64,000 nt of DNA, taken from NCBI GenBank assembly GCA_963718235.1, contig CAVQYR010000001.1:1056001-1120000 (forward strand). The letters are read 5' to 3'. The notes below the pieces were generated by a model. The model saw only the letters and a program-made list of their open reading frames with translations. It did no database searches and had not been told where the DNA came from. Numbering within the stretch: position 1 is the first letter of the stretch; every line of letters begins with the position of its first letter. The DNA comes from an uncultured Actinomycetota bacterium (GTDB lineage Bacteria; Actinomycetota; Actinomycetes; JAHEKZ01). Positions 30,486 through 40,177 of the stretch are shown piece by piece. The position numbers and the translations under genes are program-made.

Positions 30486-31612
30486 TCATGCGGACATCAT
30501 GTCGCGGTAGGCGGCGAGGAAGAGTCCCAGCAGCGGCTCTCGCGAGACACTGTTGGGGCCGGGTGCATACGCCGAGGACTGCACCCCCCTCTGGTTACGC
30601 TCGACAAGTTCGACGTCCTCTTCGTTGGTGACATCCCAAGTTTTGGTCAGGAGGGCGGTGTCGTAGTCGGCTCCCTCTTGGGCATCCTCGTGTACAAAGA
30701 ATGTCGTGGTGAATCGCGAGCGATCGACCGTCATAGGGCGAACGGTGTGAACGATCCCGTAGTCGTGCCAGAACTGGACGTAGGACAGTGCTGGCTGAAT
30801 ACCGAAGCCGATGCTTGCCAGGGCTTCCGCGGACGTCGGATCACCGCGGTAGATCAGTTTGCGGCAGACGTACTCGCCATCTGGTGACAGTGTCTTCGCG
30901 CCCAGGCCGGGGTTCAAACCTCCGGGTACCAGTCTTGGGGCTCCGGAAAGGTCCCCGGCACCTTCCTCGAAGATCTGGCGAAGATCGACCACTCGAAGCA
31001 GATCCTTATGGTTCGAACCACAGTGGTAGCACTCGTTGTAGTTCTCGGCGACGAGTTCCAGTTGGCTTTCACCTCGAGATCATGGACCGCCGCAATCTTC
31101 GTCTTGCGAACGTCGAATGCGGCGAAGTCCTCGCCCACTAGAGCGTCGAGTTGCGGACCCAGCGGTTCGGCAGCTGGGTCAAGGTTGACGAAGACCAGGC
31201 CGTTCCAGTCGCAGACCGAGTATTGGCGCAGACCGAACTCGGAGAACTTCATGTAGGCGCCGTCGACAGTCCCAGGCACATTCCGCAGAGTTCCGTCGAG
31301 CTCGTAGCTCCATTGGTGATAGGGGCAGACAATTCCCGTGGAGCGGCCGCAAACGTCGTCCGTCAGCTGAGATCCACGGTGACGGCAGACGTTGGCCAGG
31401 GCATGCAGTTGACAGTCGGCCCCCAGCGTGACAAGCACGGGATCGCAGCCGACCGACGACGTGACGAAGTCGCCAGGTTCGCGCAACTGTGATCGGTGAG
31501 CAAGGTACAGCCACTGCTTTCGGAAGATGACTTGCATCTCCCGAGCAAGGCGTTCGGGCGAGACGTACTCCTCCCGTTCGAGACTTCGGAAGGGAACCGG
31601 CTCGGGTGTCAT
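30486..31612 (-). CDS. Rieske oxygenase alpha subunit (GbcA/choline monooxygenase-like); frameshift near 31057
   Basis: NVCRHRG...CPYHQWSY; ANW(K)LVAENYNECYHC..NH across the frameshift; EDVELVERNQRG. Confidence 0.85.
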
Positions 31613-31641
31613 GTCTATCTCCTGGTTGTAGCTCGGATTTC

Positions 31642-33210
31642 CTACTGCGCTAGCGGTGCGGTCTGGATCTGTAGCGTCCGGCCGAGGGCGTAGTAGGGGG
31701 CCGCATCGCTGGTCGCAACCGCCGTGAGCACGTAGTCCGAGAGGTTGGCGAACAAGGCGTCCGTGTCGAACTGCGCTGTCACCGCGGCTGTTGCGGTGGT
31801 CAACTCTTCGTCTGTCTTCGCCGACTGGATCTGCTCGACCAGCTTCTTTCCCTTGGCCGAGTCCACGCCCGAAAAGCAAGAGAGCAGGCCGTAGTCGTAG
31901 TCGTAGCAGTAGGTCGGCAGCCCGTCGGAGAGGTCGGTAAGGCTGCCCGTGAAGTTCATGGCCATCTCATAGTTCATGGTGAATACCCGGTCGTTGAGGG
32001 TCGCAACGTCGGCCGTCTCGATGGTCACATCGATGCCGATGGCCTTCAGACCGTCCTGGACGATGGTGGCTGCTCGCTGGTCCACGTCACTGGATCCAGT
32101 GGCAAGCAACTTGACTGAGCATCCGTTCTCACACTCGGTACCTTTCAGTAGCTCCTTGGCGGCATTGGCTTGGGGTGCTATCTCGCCTGCGCCCTCAGAC
32201 CAGCGTGACGTGGTGGCGAAGAACTCTGCGTTCGGGGCGGCGAGCCCACCCCAAGCAACATCGGCAATCAACTGTCGGTCGATGGCCAGGGAGATCGCCT
32301 CGCGGACGTTGAGGTCACTGGTGATGCCGTCAAGGTTGTTCATGGACATGTAGTAGATGAGGTAGGTGCTTGAGCCGACTGACTTCAGCGAGGAGTCGAT
32401 GGACTGGATCGTTGCAGGATCGATGTCGTTGGCGACGTCGACCTGACCGCCCTTGAGCTGAGTGAAGCGTCCCGCGCCATCAGTAACCACCTTGAACGCC
32501 ATGTTTTCCACAGCCGGTTGAAGATCGGCAGGCTGCTCGGTGTTGCGAGTGAGGGTAAACGAGCTGCCCTTAATGTCACCGTCACTGAGCGTGTACGGCC
32601 CTGAGGAAGTCGGCACGTCTGGGATGGAGTAGTCCTGGCCGATCTCGGAGGCCTTGAGGATTGCCATCTCGTACGTTGCCGCGATGTTCTCGAACGAGGC
32701 GTAGGGCCTGGTGAAGGTGAATGTGACGTCCTGCCCCTTGGCGGTAACGTCCTTGATCGGAGTGAAGTCACCGACGTTGATGTTCTTTGGGTTGTTCATC
32801 GACCGCTCAAAGGTGGCCACAACGTCTTTCGGCGTGATGGGTGCACCGTCCGCGAACTTGATGTCCGAGCGCAGCGTCGCGACCAAGCTCGTCTTGTCAG
32901 GTGAGTATTCCCAATTGCTAGCCAGGTAGGGGTAGAGCTTCGACCCGTCAGCGCTGAGTCGGAACAAGGTGCCGGCCCGAAGCGCCAGTATCTGAAGGCT
33001 CGAGAAGTCGGCAGTGCGGTCCGCATCCTGCGTGACAACCTTGTCGCTGATCGCAATGTCGAGTTGATCCAGGTTCGGCTGCGCGGTGAGATCGGCGCCA
33101 GCTCCCACACTCGTTTCAGCGCTCGGACTGCTATCTGAGGAGGCGCAGGCTGCCAGCGGAGCGGTGACCAGCAGGACCGCAACCAGCGCGCGAACCGGAG
33201 TCTTCATCAT
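31642..33210 (-). CDS. ABC transporter substrate-binding lipoprotein (family 5)
   Basis: Lipobox LAAC; PYLASNW, LRSDIKFADG.PIT..DV, SGPY, VREAISLAIDR. Confidence 0.88.
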   Translation of the reverse strand: MMKTPVRALVAVLLVTAPLAACASSDSSPSAETSVGAGADLTAQPNLDQLDIAISDKVVTQDADRTADFSSLQILALRAGTLFRLSADGSKLYPYLASNWEYSPDKTSLVATLRSDIKFADGAPITPKDVVATFERSMNNPKNINVGDFTPIKDVTAKGQDVTFTFTRPYASFENIAATYEMAILKASEIGQDYSIPDVPTSSGPYTLSDGDIKGSSFTLTRNTEQPADLQPAVENMAFKVVTDGAGRFTQLKGGQVDVANDIDPATIQSIDSSLKSVGSSTYLIYYMSMNNLDGITSDLNVREAISLAIDRQLIADVAWGGLAAPNAEFFATTSRWSEGAGEIAPQANAAKELLKGTECENGCSVKLLATGSSDVDQRAATIVQDGLKAIGIDVTIETADVATLNDRVFTMNYEMAMNFTGSLTDLSDGLPTYCYDYDYGLLSCFSGVDSAKGKKLVEQIQSAKTDEELTTATAAVTAQFDTDALFANLSDYVLTAVATSDAAPYYALGRTLQIQTAPLAQ

Positions 33211-33241
33211 GGTGTCTCCAATAGTTGGTGTCGGTCTCGGT

Positions 33242-34396
33242 CTATCCCAAAATGCGTGCTCGGCCGTAGCCGCCTTTGACCTCGGCTCCCGCCGCAAAGC
33301 GGTCGGGGTGGAACTCGGCTAGTCCGGGAGAGGGATTCCCGTCAAGGACCAAGTCGGCGACGTGGCGCCCCATGACCGGTGCAAGCTTGAAGCCATGGCC
33401 ACTGGTGCCAGCGTCGACGAAGACGTCGGTGGCAATCTCACCGATGACCGGTTGCCAGTCCGGGCTGACGTCGTACAGGCTTGCCCAACCGCCGATAGCC
33501 CGCGCGCCGTCAAGAGCGGGGATCCGTGCACTGGCTGCGGTGGCCATGGACTCCTGCTCGGCGATCGTCACTGCCTCGGCGAAATCGTCCGGGTCTGCTT
33601 GTGGCTCGTCGAAGAGCTGGCCGAGCCCAAACATGGACGGTCCCTCGGGCATCAGGTAGAAGCCGTTCATGACGTCCGCGACGCCGTAGGTGATGGCAGG
33701 GGCGATCCCCCAGTCGTTGGTCGTCACGTAATGGCGCTCGACCGTCAGCGGCAGGTTGACACCAATCTGCAGCGCGAGTGCTCGTGTCCACGGTCCCGCC
33801 GCAATCAGCAATCGGCCGGCTTCGATCTCACCCTTCTCGCACCGCAACCGCACTCCGCCGTTAGGCGGCAGCTCGATGTCGTTGACCTTGTTGTAGAGCG
33901 AGGCAACCGCGCCGCGTGATCGGGCAAGTGCCAGCAGGCCCTGCGTGGTGCCGCTGGGATCGGCCGGTCCAGCGTCAGCCTCCCACGCCGATAGCCCCAG
34001 GCCCTGCGTGTCGATCGCGGGAAACCGCGAACTCACCGCATCGGGTCCGAGCACCTCGACCTTGGTGCCGATCACGGCAAGGGCTGCTGCGTTCTCCACC
34101 AACCCTGGGCCGTCCCCTGGCGGGTGCAGAAAGAGAACCCCCAGCTGGCGATAGCCGGACTGGCCGCCTTGTGACCACTCCTCGAAGTTCATCAAGATGT
34201 CGATCGACTCGCGCGCCACTCCAGCCAGGAAGGGGTGCGAGTAGTACGCCCGGCACATGGCGCTCGACCGGCCGGTCGGGCCACCGGCAACCGGACCCTG
34301 GTCGATCACCACGGTTGAGGCGCCACGCGACGCCAAGTGTGCAGCGGCCGAGCAGCCGTGCACGCCGGCTCCAATCACGGCCACGTCGTACGCCAC
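33242..34396 (-). CDS. FAD-dependent oxidoreductase (DAO/sarcosine oxidase beta-like)
   Basis: VIGAGVHG, AAGPWT, YDVSPDWQPVIG, GTSGHGFKLAP. Confidence 0.88.
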   Translation of the reverse strand: MAYDVAVIGAGVHGCSAAAHLASRGASTVVIDQGPVAGGPTGRSSAMCRAYYSHPFLAGVARESIDILMNFEEWSQGGQSGYRQLGVLFLHPPGDGPGLVENAAALAVIGTKVEVLGPDAVSSRFPAIDTQGLGLSAWEADAGPADPSGTTQGLLALARSRGAVASLYNKVNDIELPPNGGVRLRCEKGEIEAGRLLIAAGPWTRALALQIGVNLPLTVERHYVTTNDWGIAPAITYGVADVMNGFYLMPEGPSMFGLGQLFDEPQADPDDFAEAVTIAEQESMATAASARIPALDGARAIGGWASLYDVSPDWQPVIGEIATDVFVDAGTSGHGFKLAPVMGRHVADLVLDGNPSPGLAEFHPDRFAAGAEVKGGYGRARILG

Positions 34397-34558
34397 GCTT
34401 CTCGTCCTCCTCGGGACCCGCTAGCAAGATGAGTCACCTACCTGCGATCGGTGACTGCCGCAAACGGTAGGCGGATGGCTCGACTGAACCTAGCGACGAT
34501 CGTCGATGGTCTACGGTTTGTAACGCATCGATTGTCGAGTCGGATCCGAGGTGGGTGG

Positions 34559-35767
34559 ATGGCCATCGAGCTGCAGCCGCTGGTTGAGCATCTCGGGGCG
34601 ACGTTGGGGCGTTCGGTGGCCATCGACGACCCCCACCTGCATTTGCTCGCCTACAGCCGGCATTACGGCGACGTCGACAACGCGCGGCTCGAGTCCGTGT
34701 TGACCCGTGAGGCTCCGGCCGAAGCGATGGCGTACGCGCTCGCCCACGGAGTCGCGGCGGCCGATGGTCCGGTTGAGATTCCCGCTAACGATGACCTCGG
34801 ATTCCTGGCCAGACTCTGCGTTCCGATCCGGAACCGCGGCAGCCTGCTGGGGTACCTCTGGCTCATCCAGACAGATCAACCACTTACCGAGGCCGAGACC
34901 GAGCAGGTGGAGCAGGTCGCCGATGCCGCTGGCGAGTTGATGCGTAGCGATCGGCTGTCGCAGGAACTTCGCTTGGCACAGGAGCAAGGATTGCTTCGCG
35001 ACCTGCTGAGCACGGATCCCACGTTGCGCGCCCATGCCGCAACCGAGCTGATCGAACTCAAGTTCGTCTCACCTCCGAGGTCGGTGTGTTGCCTGGTGCT
35101 TCGACCTTCCGGGGGAGAGGAATCCTCGAGCTCAGCCATCGACGAGACGTTGAGCCGCTCAAGGCGCTTCTGGCCCTTGCGCGGCACCTTGCAGCTGGGT
35201 CGCATTGACCACGGTGCACTCGTTCTCATCCATACCGGCGGAAGTCGAGAGAACGCACAAGTCGCGCAGCACATCATCGACTCCTTCAACGCTCTGTCGC
35301 CAGGCACCTGGCAACCGCGGGTCGGAATCGGAGCCTGGGTGGATTCGCTCGACCAGGCCAAGGAGAGCTATGCCCAAGCTCTCCACGCTTCTCGAGTTGC
35401 TGCGGTCAGGGGCGCTGACATCAGCGACTGGGCGGGGTTGGGGGTGTATCGAACGTTGGCGAAACTCTCCACGGACGAGCTGACACAGGAGGCACTTCCC
35501 CCTGGGCTCTCCAGACTCCTCGAGGTCGACGGGACTGGTGAGCTGGTCATGACCGTCGAGGCCTTCCTCGACCTGGCTGGCGACGTGAAGTCAACAGCTG
35601 AGCATTTGGTCCTGCATCGAACGTCGGTGTACAACCGGCTCCACCGCGTCGAGTTAGCCGCCGGAATCGATCTGGGGAACGGGCTTGACCGACTCGACTT
35701 CCACCTGGGTCTAAAGATGGCCCGCCTTGCGGGCGTCATCACCGCTCCGGCCATCATCGACCGCTAG
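34559..35767 (+). CDS. PucR/CdaR-family transcriptional regulator
   Basis: GRSVAIDD; C-terminal TVEAFLD..G.VKSTAEHLVLHRTSVYNRL. Confidence 0.88.
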   Translation: MAIELQPLVEHLGATLGRSVAIDDPHLHLLAYSRHYGDVDNARLESVLTREAPAEAMAYALAHGVAAADGPVEIPANDDLGFLARLCVPIRNRGSLLGYLWLIQTDQPLTEAETEQVEQVADAAGELMRSDRLSQELRLAQEQGLLRDLLSTDPTLRAHAATELIELKFVSPPRSVCCLVLRPSGGEESSSSAIDETLSRSRRFWPLRGTLQLGRIDHGALVLIHTGGSRENAQVAQHIIDSFNALSPGTWQPRVGIGAWVDSLDQAKESYAQALHASRVAAVRGADISDWAGLGVYRTLAKLSTDELTQEALPPGLSRLLEVDGTGELVMTVEAFLDLAGDVKSTAEHLVLHRTSVYNRLHRVELAAGIDLGNGLDRLDFHLGLKMARLAGVITAPAIIDR

Positions 35768-35920
35768 GAGGTGGTCAGGGCTCGACAAACGTCGCGAAAG
35801 ACAGAGGTGCCCTTCGTCATCTGACGATTGTGCGATGACGGGCTGGTTGGCACACTTGCGCCACCTCGCGGCCACGAGTTGCCGGGCGGTGCAGCAACGA
35901 CGTACATGACGGGAGGCCGC

Positions 35921-36871
35921 GTGCGGAACGTTGGGCGTCGGCTGCTGCGCCTACTCGGCGAGATGGCCATCGTCGCGGTACTCGTCGTGGTCTTTACCAA
36001 CTTGCTGATTCGACTGGCCCCGGGAGACCCGGCCCGTGTGATCCTCGGCACGAAGGCCAGCCCCGAGCAGATCGCAGCGCTTCGCGAGCAGCTGGGTCTC
36101 GATACGCCACTGCCTCAGCAGGTCGTCGGCATGCTCGCCGATCTGTTTCACGGCGACTTGGGCGCCACGCTGGCCGACCCTGACCGCTCGGTCATGTCGC
36201 TCATCGTGGATGCCCTTCCGGTCACTCTCACCTTGATCGTCTTGACCGTCGTCATTTCGGGCGTGGTGGGGATCTTGCTTGGGCTGTGGGGAGCGCTCTC
36301 TCGGCGCAGGGCGGTCGATCAGGGTGTGTCGGCAGGGGCCATCGCTCTGTTAGCCCTTCCCCCCTTTGTCCTCTCGCTCCTGCTCCTGCTCCTCGTGGCC
36401 GTGGCCTGGGGGCTGGCACCGGCGGGTGGCTGGGGTGACGGTTGGCCGGGCAACTTGGCTTATGCGTGGCTGCCCGCGCTGGCCCTGTGCGGCCTTCTGA
36501 TGCCGCAGGTGATCAGGACGGTCCGACAGAACGCCGGAGAGCTTCGAAGTCAGGAGTTCGTCGAGTCAGCACACTCCCTTGGGCTTTCGCCGATGCGGGT
36601 GAACGTGCGCCACATCCTCCCCAACGCATCTCTTCCCGTGATCACGGTTCTTGGCCTGAACGCTGCGGCTCTCATCGCGGGTGCAGTAGTGGTGGAGTCA
36701 GTGTTCGGAATCCCTGGGCTCGGACAGGTTCTCGAAGACGCAGTCGCGTCTCGCGACTACCCGGTGATCCAGGGCGTGGCGCTCGTGACTGCACTCATTG
36801 TGGTCTTGATCAATGCCGCCACCGATCTGATCTATGGCTTGGTCGACCCCAGAGTGCGAGTGCAGACATGA
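35921..36871 (+). CDS. ABC permease (DppB-like)
   Basis: APGDPA, LGLD.PL, HILPNA, VVESVFGIPGLG, RDYPVIQG, DPRVR. Confidence 0.92.
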   Translation: MRNVGRRLLRLLGEMAIVAVLVVVFTNLLIRLAPGDPARVILGTKASPEQIAALREQLGLDTPLPQQVVGMLADLFHGDLGATLADPDRSVMSLIVDALPVTLTLIVLTVVISGVVGILLGLWGALSRRRAVDQGVSAGAIALLALPPFVLSLLLLLLVAVAWGLAPAGGWGDGWPGNLAYAWLPALALCGLLMPQVIRTVRQNAGELRSQEFVESAHSLGLSPMRVNVRHILPNASLPVITVLGLNAAALIAGAVVVESVFGIPGLGQVLEDAVASRDYPVIQGVALVTALIVVLINAATDLIYGLVDPRVRVQT

Positions 36872-37749
36872 GCGCCCCGACCACCGCCGCGCTGCGCCCC
36901 AACCTGTGGCACTGGCTGCGTCGAACGTCGGATTGGGTGGTCGTGATTGCTGCCTCCATTCCGGTGTTGATCGTGTTGCTTGGTTCTCTTCTGCCGGTGG
37001 TTACGGGCTACGCACCCGATGAGTTCGTGGCCCGACCGCTCTTGCCCCCTTCTCCCGCGCACCCATTCGGCACTGACACCTTCGGCCGGGACGTGATGGT
37101 CCGCGCGTTCGCCGCGTCGCACACGGACTACTTGATTGCGGTGCTTGGTGTAGGTGCTGCTGCTTTGCTGGGCAGCGCCATTGGAGTCCTCGTTGCCTCG
37201 AGCCGGGTCAGGGGAGTCGACTGGGCCGCGATGCGACTGACCGACGGCGTGATCGCGTTCCCTTTCACTGTCCTGGCCCTGTCGTTCGTCGTGGTGCTAG
37301 GTAGCAACGCCTCGGTGCTCGGGCTTCCCGAGGGAATGCCGGCCCTCTTGGCCGCCTACATATTCGTGGGTTGGGCCTATTACGCGAGGATCGCCCGCGC
37401 GCAGACTGTCTCGCTTCGGTCACGCGACTTTGTGTCCGCTGGTCGCCAGATGGGATTCTCCGACCTGCGTATCGCCGTGCGACACATCCTACCCATCGTG
37501 CTGGCGACCACTATGGCCTATGCGGTGGGCGATGCGATCATCACGGTTGCGCTCACCGCGTCGTTGAGCTTCCTTGGCGCTGGGATTGCTCCCCCAACTC
37601 CCGAGTGGGGGCAGATGATGTACGAGGGCCGCGGCATCATCGAAACCGCCTGGTGGCTCACCGCCTTTCCATCGCTCCTGCTGGTGATCAGTGGGCTCTC
37701 TGTGGCCGTCCTTGCCGACCGGTCGATTCGCCGACTTGAGGACCGCTGA
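36868..37749 (+). CDS. ABC permease (DppC-like)
   Basis: HPFGTDTFGRDV, RHILP, LSFLGAG..PP.PEWG.M. Confidence 0.92.
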   Translation: MSAPTTAALRPNLWHWLRRTSDWVVVIAASIPVLIVLLGSLLPVVTGYAPDEFVARPLLPPSPAHPFGTDTFGRDVMVRAFAASHTDYLIAVLGVGAAALLGSAIGVLVASSRVRGVDWAAMRLTDGVIAFPFTVLALSFVVVLGSNASVLGLPEGMPALLAAYIFVGWAYYARIARAQTVSLRSRDFVSAGRQMGFSDLRIAVRHILPIVLATTMAYAVGDAIITVALTASLSFLGAGIAPPTPEWGQMMYEGRGIIETAWWLTAFPSLLLVISGLSVAVLADRSIRRLEDR

Positions 37750-38753
37750 TGAGTCAGACCTCACAGACCAGCGCTGTGGAAGCAGCTGGCGGCGACGCAC
37801 CGGTCGCAGAACTGCGAGGGATCGCGATCGAGATTGGCGGCACCGAGATCGTGACCCAGGCTGACCTCGCGATCGACCCGGGCGAGAGCGTCGGCTTGGT
37901 AGGTGAGTCAGGTTCTGGCAAATCCGTCACCTGCCGTGCGTTTACCGGGATCCTCGGCTTCATCGGGGGCAACACAACTCGCGGCCACGTGCTCGTAGAA
38001 GGCAACGACATGACCGGCGCGACGAGTGACGGATGGCGCCAGGTGCGCGGAGGAACCATCGCGCTCATTCCGCAGGCTTCGTTGGCTGGGCTTGATCCCG
38101 TCATGAAAGTCGGTCGCCAGATGGCGGAAGTGGTCAGGCGCTACGACAACAAGGGCGACGTTCGCAGACGTTCGCTGGAACTGCTCGATCAAGTACAGAT
38201 GCCGCAACCGGAGCGGGTACTCAACTCCTACCCGCACGAGCTCTCGGGCGGGATGAGGCAGCGAGCGATGATCGCGATGGGTATCGCGGGCCGCCCCAAG
38301 CTGCTCATCGCCGACGAGCCGACGACTGCGCTAGATGCCACAGTCCAGCAGGCGATTCTCGATCTCCTGCGGCGCCTGCGCGATGAGATGGGCATGGCGC
38401 TTCTCCTGGTCAGCCATGATCTCGGAGCGATTCGCTCGGCGACGGACCGCGTTGCCGTGATGTATGCCGGAACGCTCGTCGAGTCCGGCCGAAGCTCCGA
38501 CGTTCTCCACCAACCGCGTCACCCGTACTCGGCGGCGCTGATTGCATCGGACCCATCGCTGATGGAGCGCGGTGAACGTCTGCGCGGCCTGTTCGGCGAT
38601 CCACCTCAGCCCGGCAGCTGGCCGGTCGGGTGTCGATTCCAACCGCGTTGCGCGCACGCACAGGACCGCTGTCAGGATGCAGCTCCGGAACTCGTCGATG
38701 ACGGCAATGGACATCTCGTGGCTTGTGTGAGGTCAGGTGAACTGGAGCTGTGA
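37749..38753 (+). CDS. ABC ATPase (DppD-like)
   Basis: GESGSGKS, YPHELSGGMRQR, IADEPTTALD, GCRFQPRC. Confidence 0.93.
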   Translation: MSQTSQTSAVEAAGGDAPVAELRGIAIEIGGTEIVTQADLAIDPGESVGLVGESGSGKSVTCRAFTGILGFIGGNTTRGHVLVEGNDMTGATSDGWRQVRGGTIALIPQASLAGLDPVMKVGRQMAEVVRRYDNKGDVRRRSLELLDQVQMPQPERVLNSYPHELSGGMRQRAMIAMGIAGRPKLLIADEPTTALDATVQQAILDLLRRLRDEMGMALLLVSHDLGAIRSATDRVAVMYAGTLVESGRSSDVLHQPRHPYSAALIASDPSLMERGERLRGLFGDPPQPGSWPVGCRFQPRCAHAQDRCQDAAPELVDDGNGHLVACVRSGELEL

Positions 38754-39535
38754 GCAGTGGACCGAAGGCGCACGCTGATGACGCGGCAACCGACTCCGAA
38801 GCAATCGTGATCGCCGACGACGTCAGCCTGGCTTACGGACCGCAGACTGTCGTCCACAACGTGTCGTTGCGCGTAGGACGCGGAGACGCGGTCGGAGTTG
38901 CTGGCGAGAGCGGCTCTGGCAAGTCGACGCTGGCCAAGGCATTGGTCGGGGACCTGAAGCCCAGCTCCGGAACCGTCCGCGTCAACGGAAGAACTTGGTC
39001 GGAGATCGGTCGTAAGGATCCCGATCGTCGACGGGTACAGATGGTCTTCCAAGATCCTTATAGCGCCCTGAACCCGAGGATGACGGCGCGGCAAACAGTG
39101 GCCGAGGTCCTGCGGGTCCAACGACGTGTGCCTCGGTCGGAGGTTGTGGGCCGGGCTGGCGACCTGCTGTCTGACGTCGGCATGACGGGCAATGCGATGG
39201 ACGTACGTCCGCAACGGCTGAGTGGCGGAATGCGGCAACGTGTTGTCATCGCAAGGGCGGTTGCCTGTGAGCCGGACGTGTTGGTGGCAGACGAACCGAC
39301 CTCCGCTCTCGACGTCTCGATCCAGGCGCAGATCTTGAACTTACTGCTACGCCTGCGTACCGACCGGGGTCTTGCGCTTGTCCTCGTGACCCACGATCTC
39401 GCGGTGCTTAAGCACATGACGAACTACACGTTGGTAATGAAGGATGGGCACGTTGTGGAAGAGGGCTCGACTAGAGAGATCCTTGAGCAACCGACACACG
39501 AGTACACCCGGACTCTGGTCGCAGCTCGCCACTAG
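38750..39535 (+). CDS. ABC ATPase (DppF-like)
   Basis: GESGSGKST, FQDPYSALNP, LSGGMRQR, ADEPTSALD. Confidence 0.93.
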   Translation: MSSGPKAHADDAATDSEAIVIADDVSLAYGPQTVVHNVSLRVGRGDAVGVAGESGSGKSTLAKALVGDLKPSSGTVRVNGRTWSEIGRKDPDRRRVQMVFQDPYSALNPRMTARQTVAEVLRVQRRVPRSEVVGRAGDLLSDVGMTGNAMDVRPQRLSGGMRQRVVIARAVACEPDVLVADEPTSALDVSIQAQILNLLLRLRTDRGLALVLVTHDLAVLKHMTNYTLVMKDGHVVEEGSTREILEQPTHEYTRTLVAARH

Positions 39536-39589
39536 TGCCTAAGACGGCTCGGCGCTACTCCGGCACCGATGGGTTAGACACAGTGGCAC

Positions 39590-39812
39590 CTAGAGATAGC
39601 GCTCGATGAGCTCCTTGATGTACGCGTTCATAGTGTCCTGCGCGTGTCTGTAGATCGAGCAATGTCCTATGCCGTCGAACAGGCGGTACTCAGCATTGCC
39701 CGCCAGTTCCACCACCTCCAGGCCGCCCTGAGGTGAGGCTTGCACGTCCGCGTTGAACGCGAGTACATGCATCGGGACCTTGCAGTTTGGGAGTTGGTCC
39801 CGCTGGTCGTCG
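39590..39812 (-). pseudogene. C-terminal fragment of an alpha/beta hydrolase paralogous to 25584-26399
   Basis: LPNCKVPMHVLAFNADVQA..GIGHCSIY.HA aligns with LPRCSVPMHVFGFAEDVQA..GLGHCSLY.HA. Confidence 0.8.
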
Positions 39813-40033
39813 AGGGCACGCGGTCGTCGATGTCGGCCTGGCGCATCCAGCGCCGCACCGACTCCTCCGGTCACCGAAATCGACCGCGACCTCAGGGACC
39901 GTCAGGTCACCGCGACGAGCGACCGTGACAACGTCCGCGATGAACTCTGGGGGGTACTTCTTCGGCAAAGCGACATCCCTCCCGAGAGACCTCGTCCCTC
40001 GTAGGAGATGTCAATCAAACTGCAGCAATTCCT
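39813..40033 (-). mobile_element. IS3-family left-end remnant (IRL plus frameshifted orfA start)
   Basis: AGGAATTGCTGCAGTTTGATTGAC end; MPKKYPPEF..DVV..ARRG..TV.EVA.DFG / ESVRRWMRQADIDD. Confidence 0.8.
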
Positions 40034-40052
40034 CCGGTCACACTTGCGGGGG

Positions 40053-40148
40053 CTGCTTCCGGATTCGGTCAGATCCGCTTCCACCGTGCACTCGGACCCT
40101 GGTGAGCACGCAGGTCAGGTGCGGGTGCGCGGAGTTTCACGCACGTCC
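40053..40148 (-). repeat. Element left end, copy 2
   Basis: Homologous to 23617-23709. Confidence 0.8.
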
Positions 40149-40177
40149 TACGGGGGCCACGGGGGCAAACGGGGGCG
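40149..40177. repeat. Three tandem copies of the tRNA-Arg 5'-end target motif
   Basis: TACGGGGGC-CACGGGGGC-AAACGGGGGCG between two facing element ends. Confidence 0.9.

Larger units (their letters stand above)
23723..40148 (-). mobile_element. Unit B: ~16.4-kb cargo-carrying copy of the same element
   Basis: Right end GGAGGTGCGGAATTC (23723) with transposase 3' remnant; left end GTTTCACGCACGTCC (ends 40148); TACGGGGGC on both sides. Confidence 0.75.

Noticed and set aside
40149-40177. Short repeats as a CRISPR array
   Set aside because: Units are 9-11 nt with no spacers and no cas genes; better explained as target duplications.
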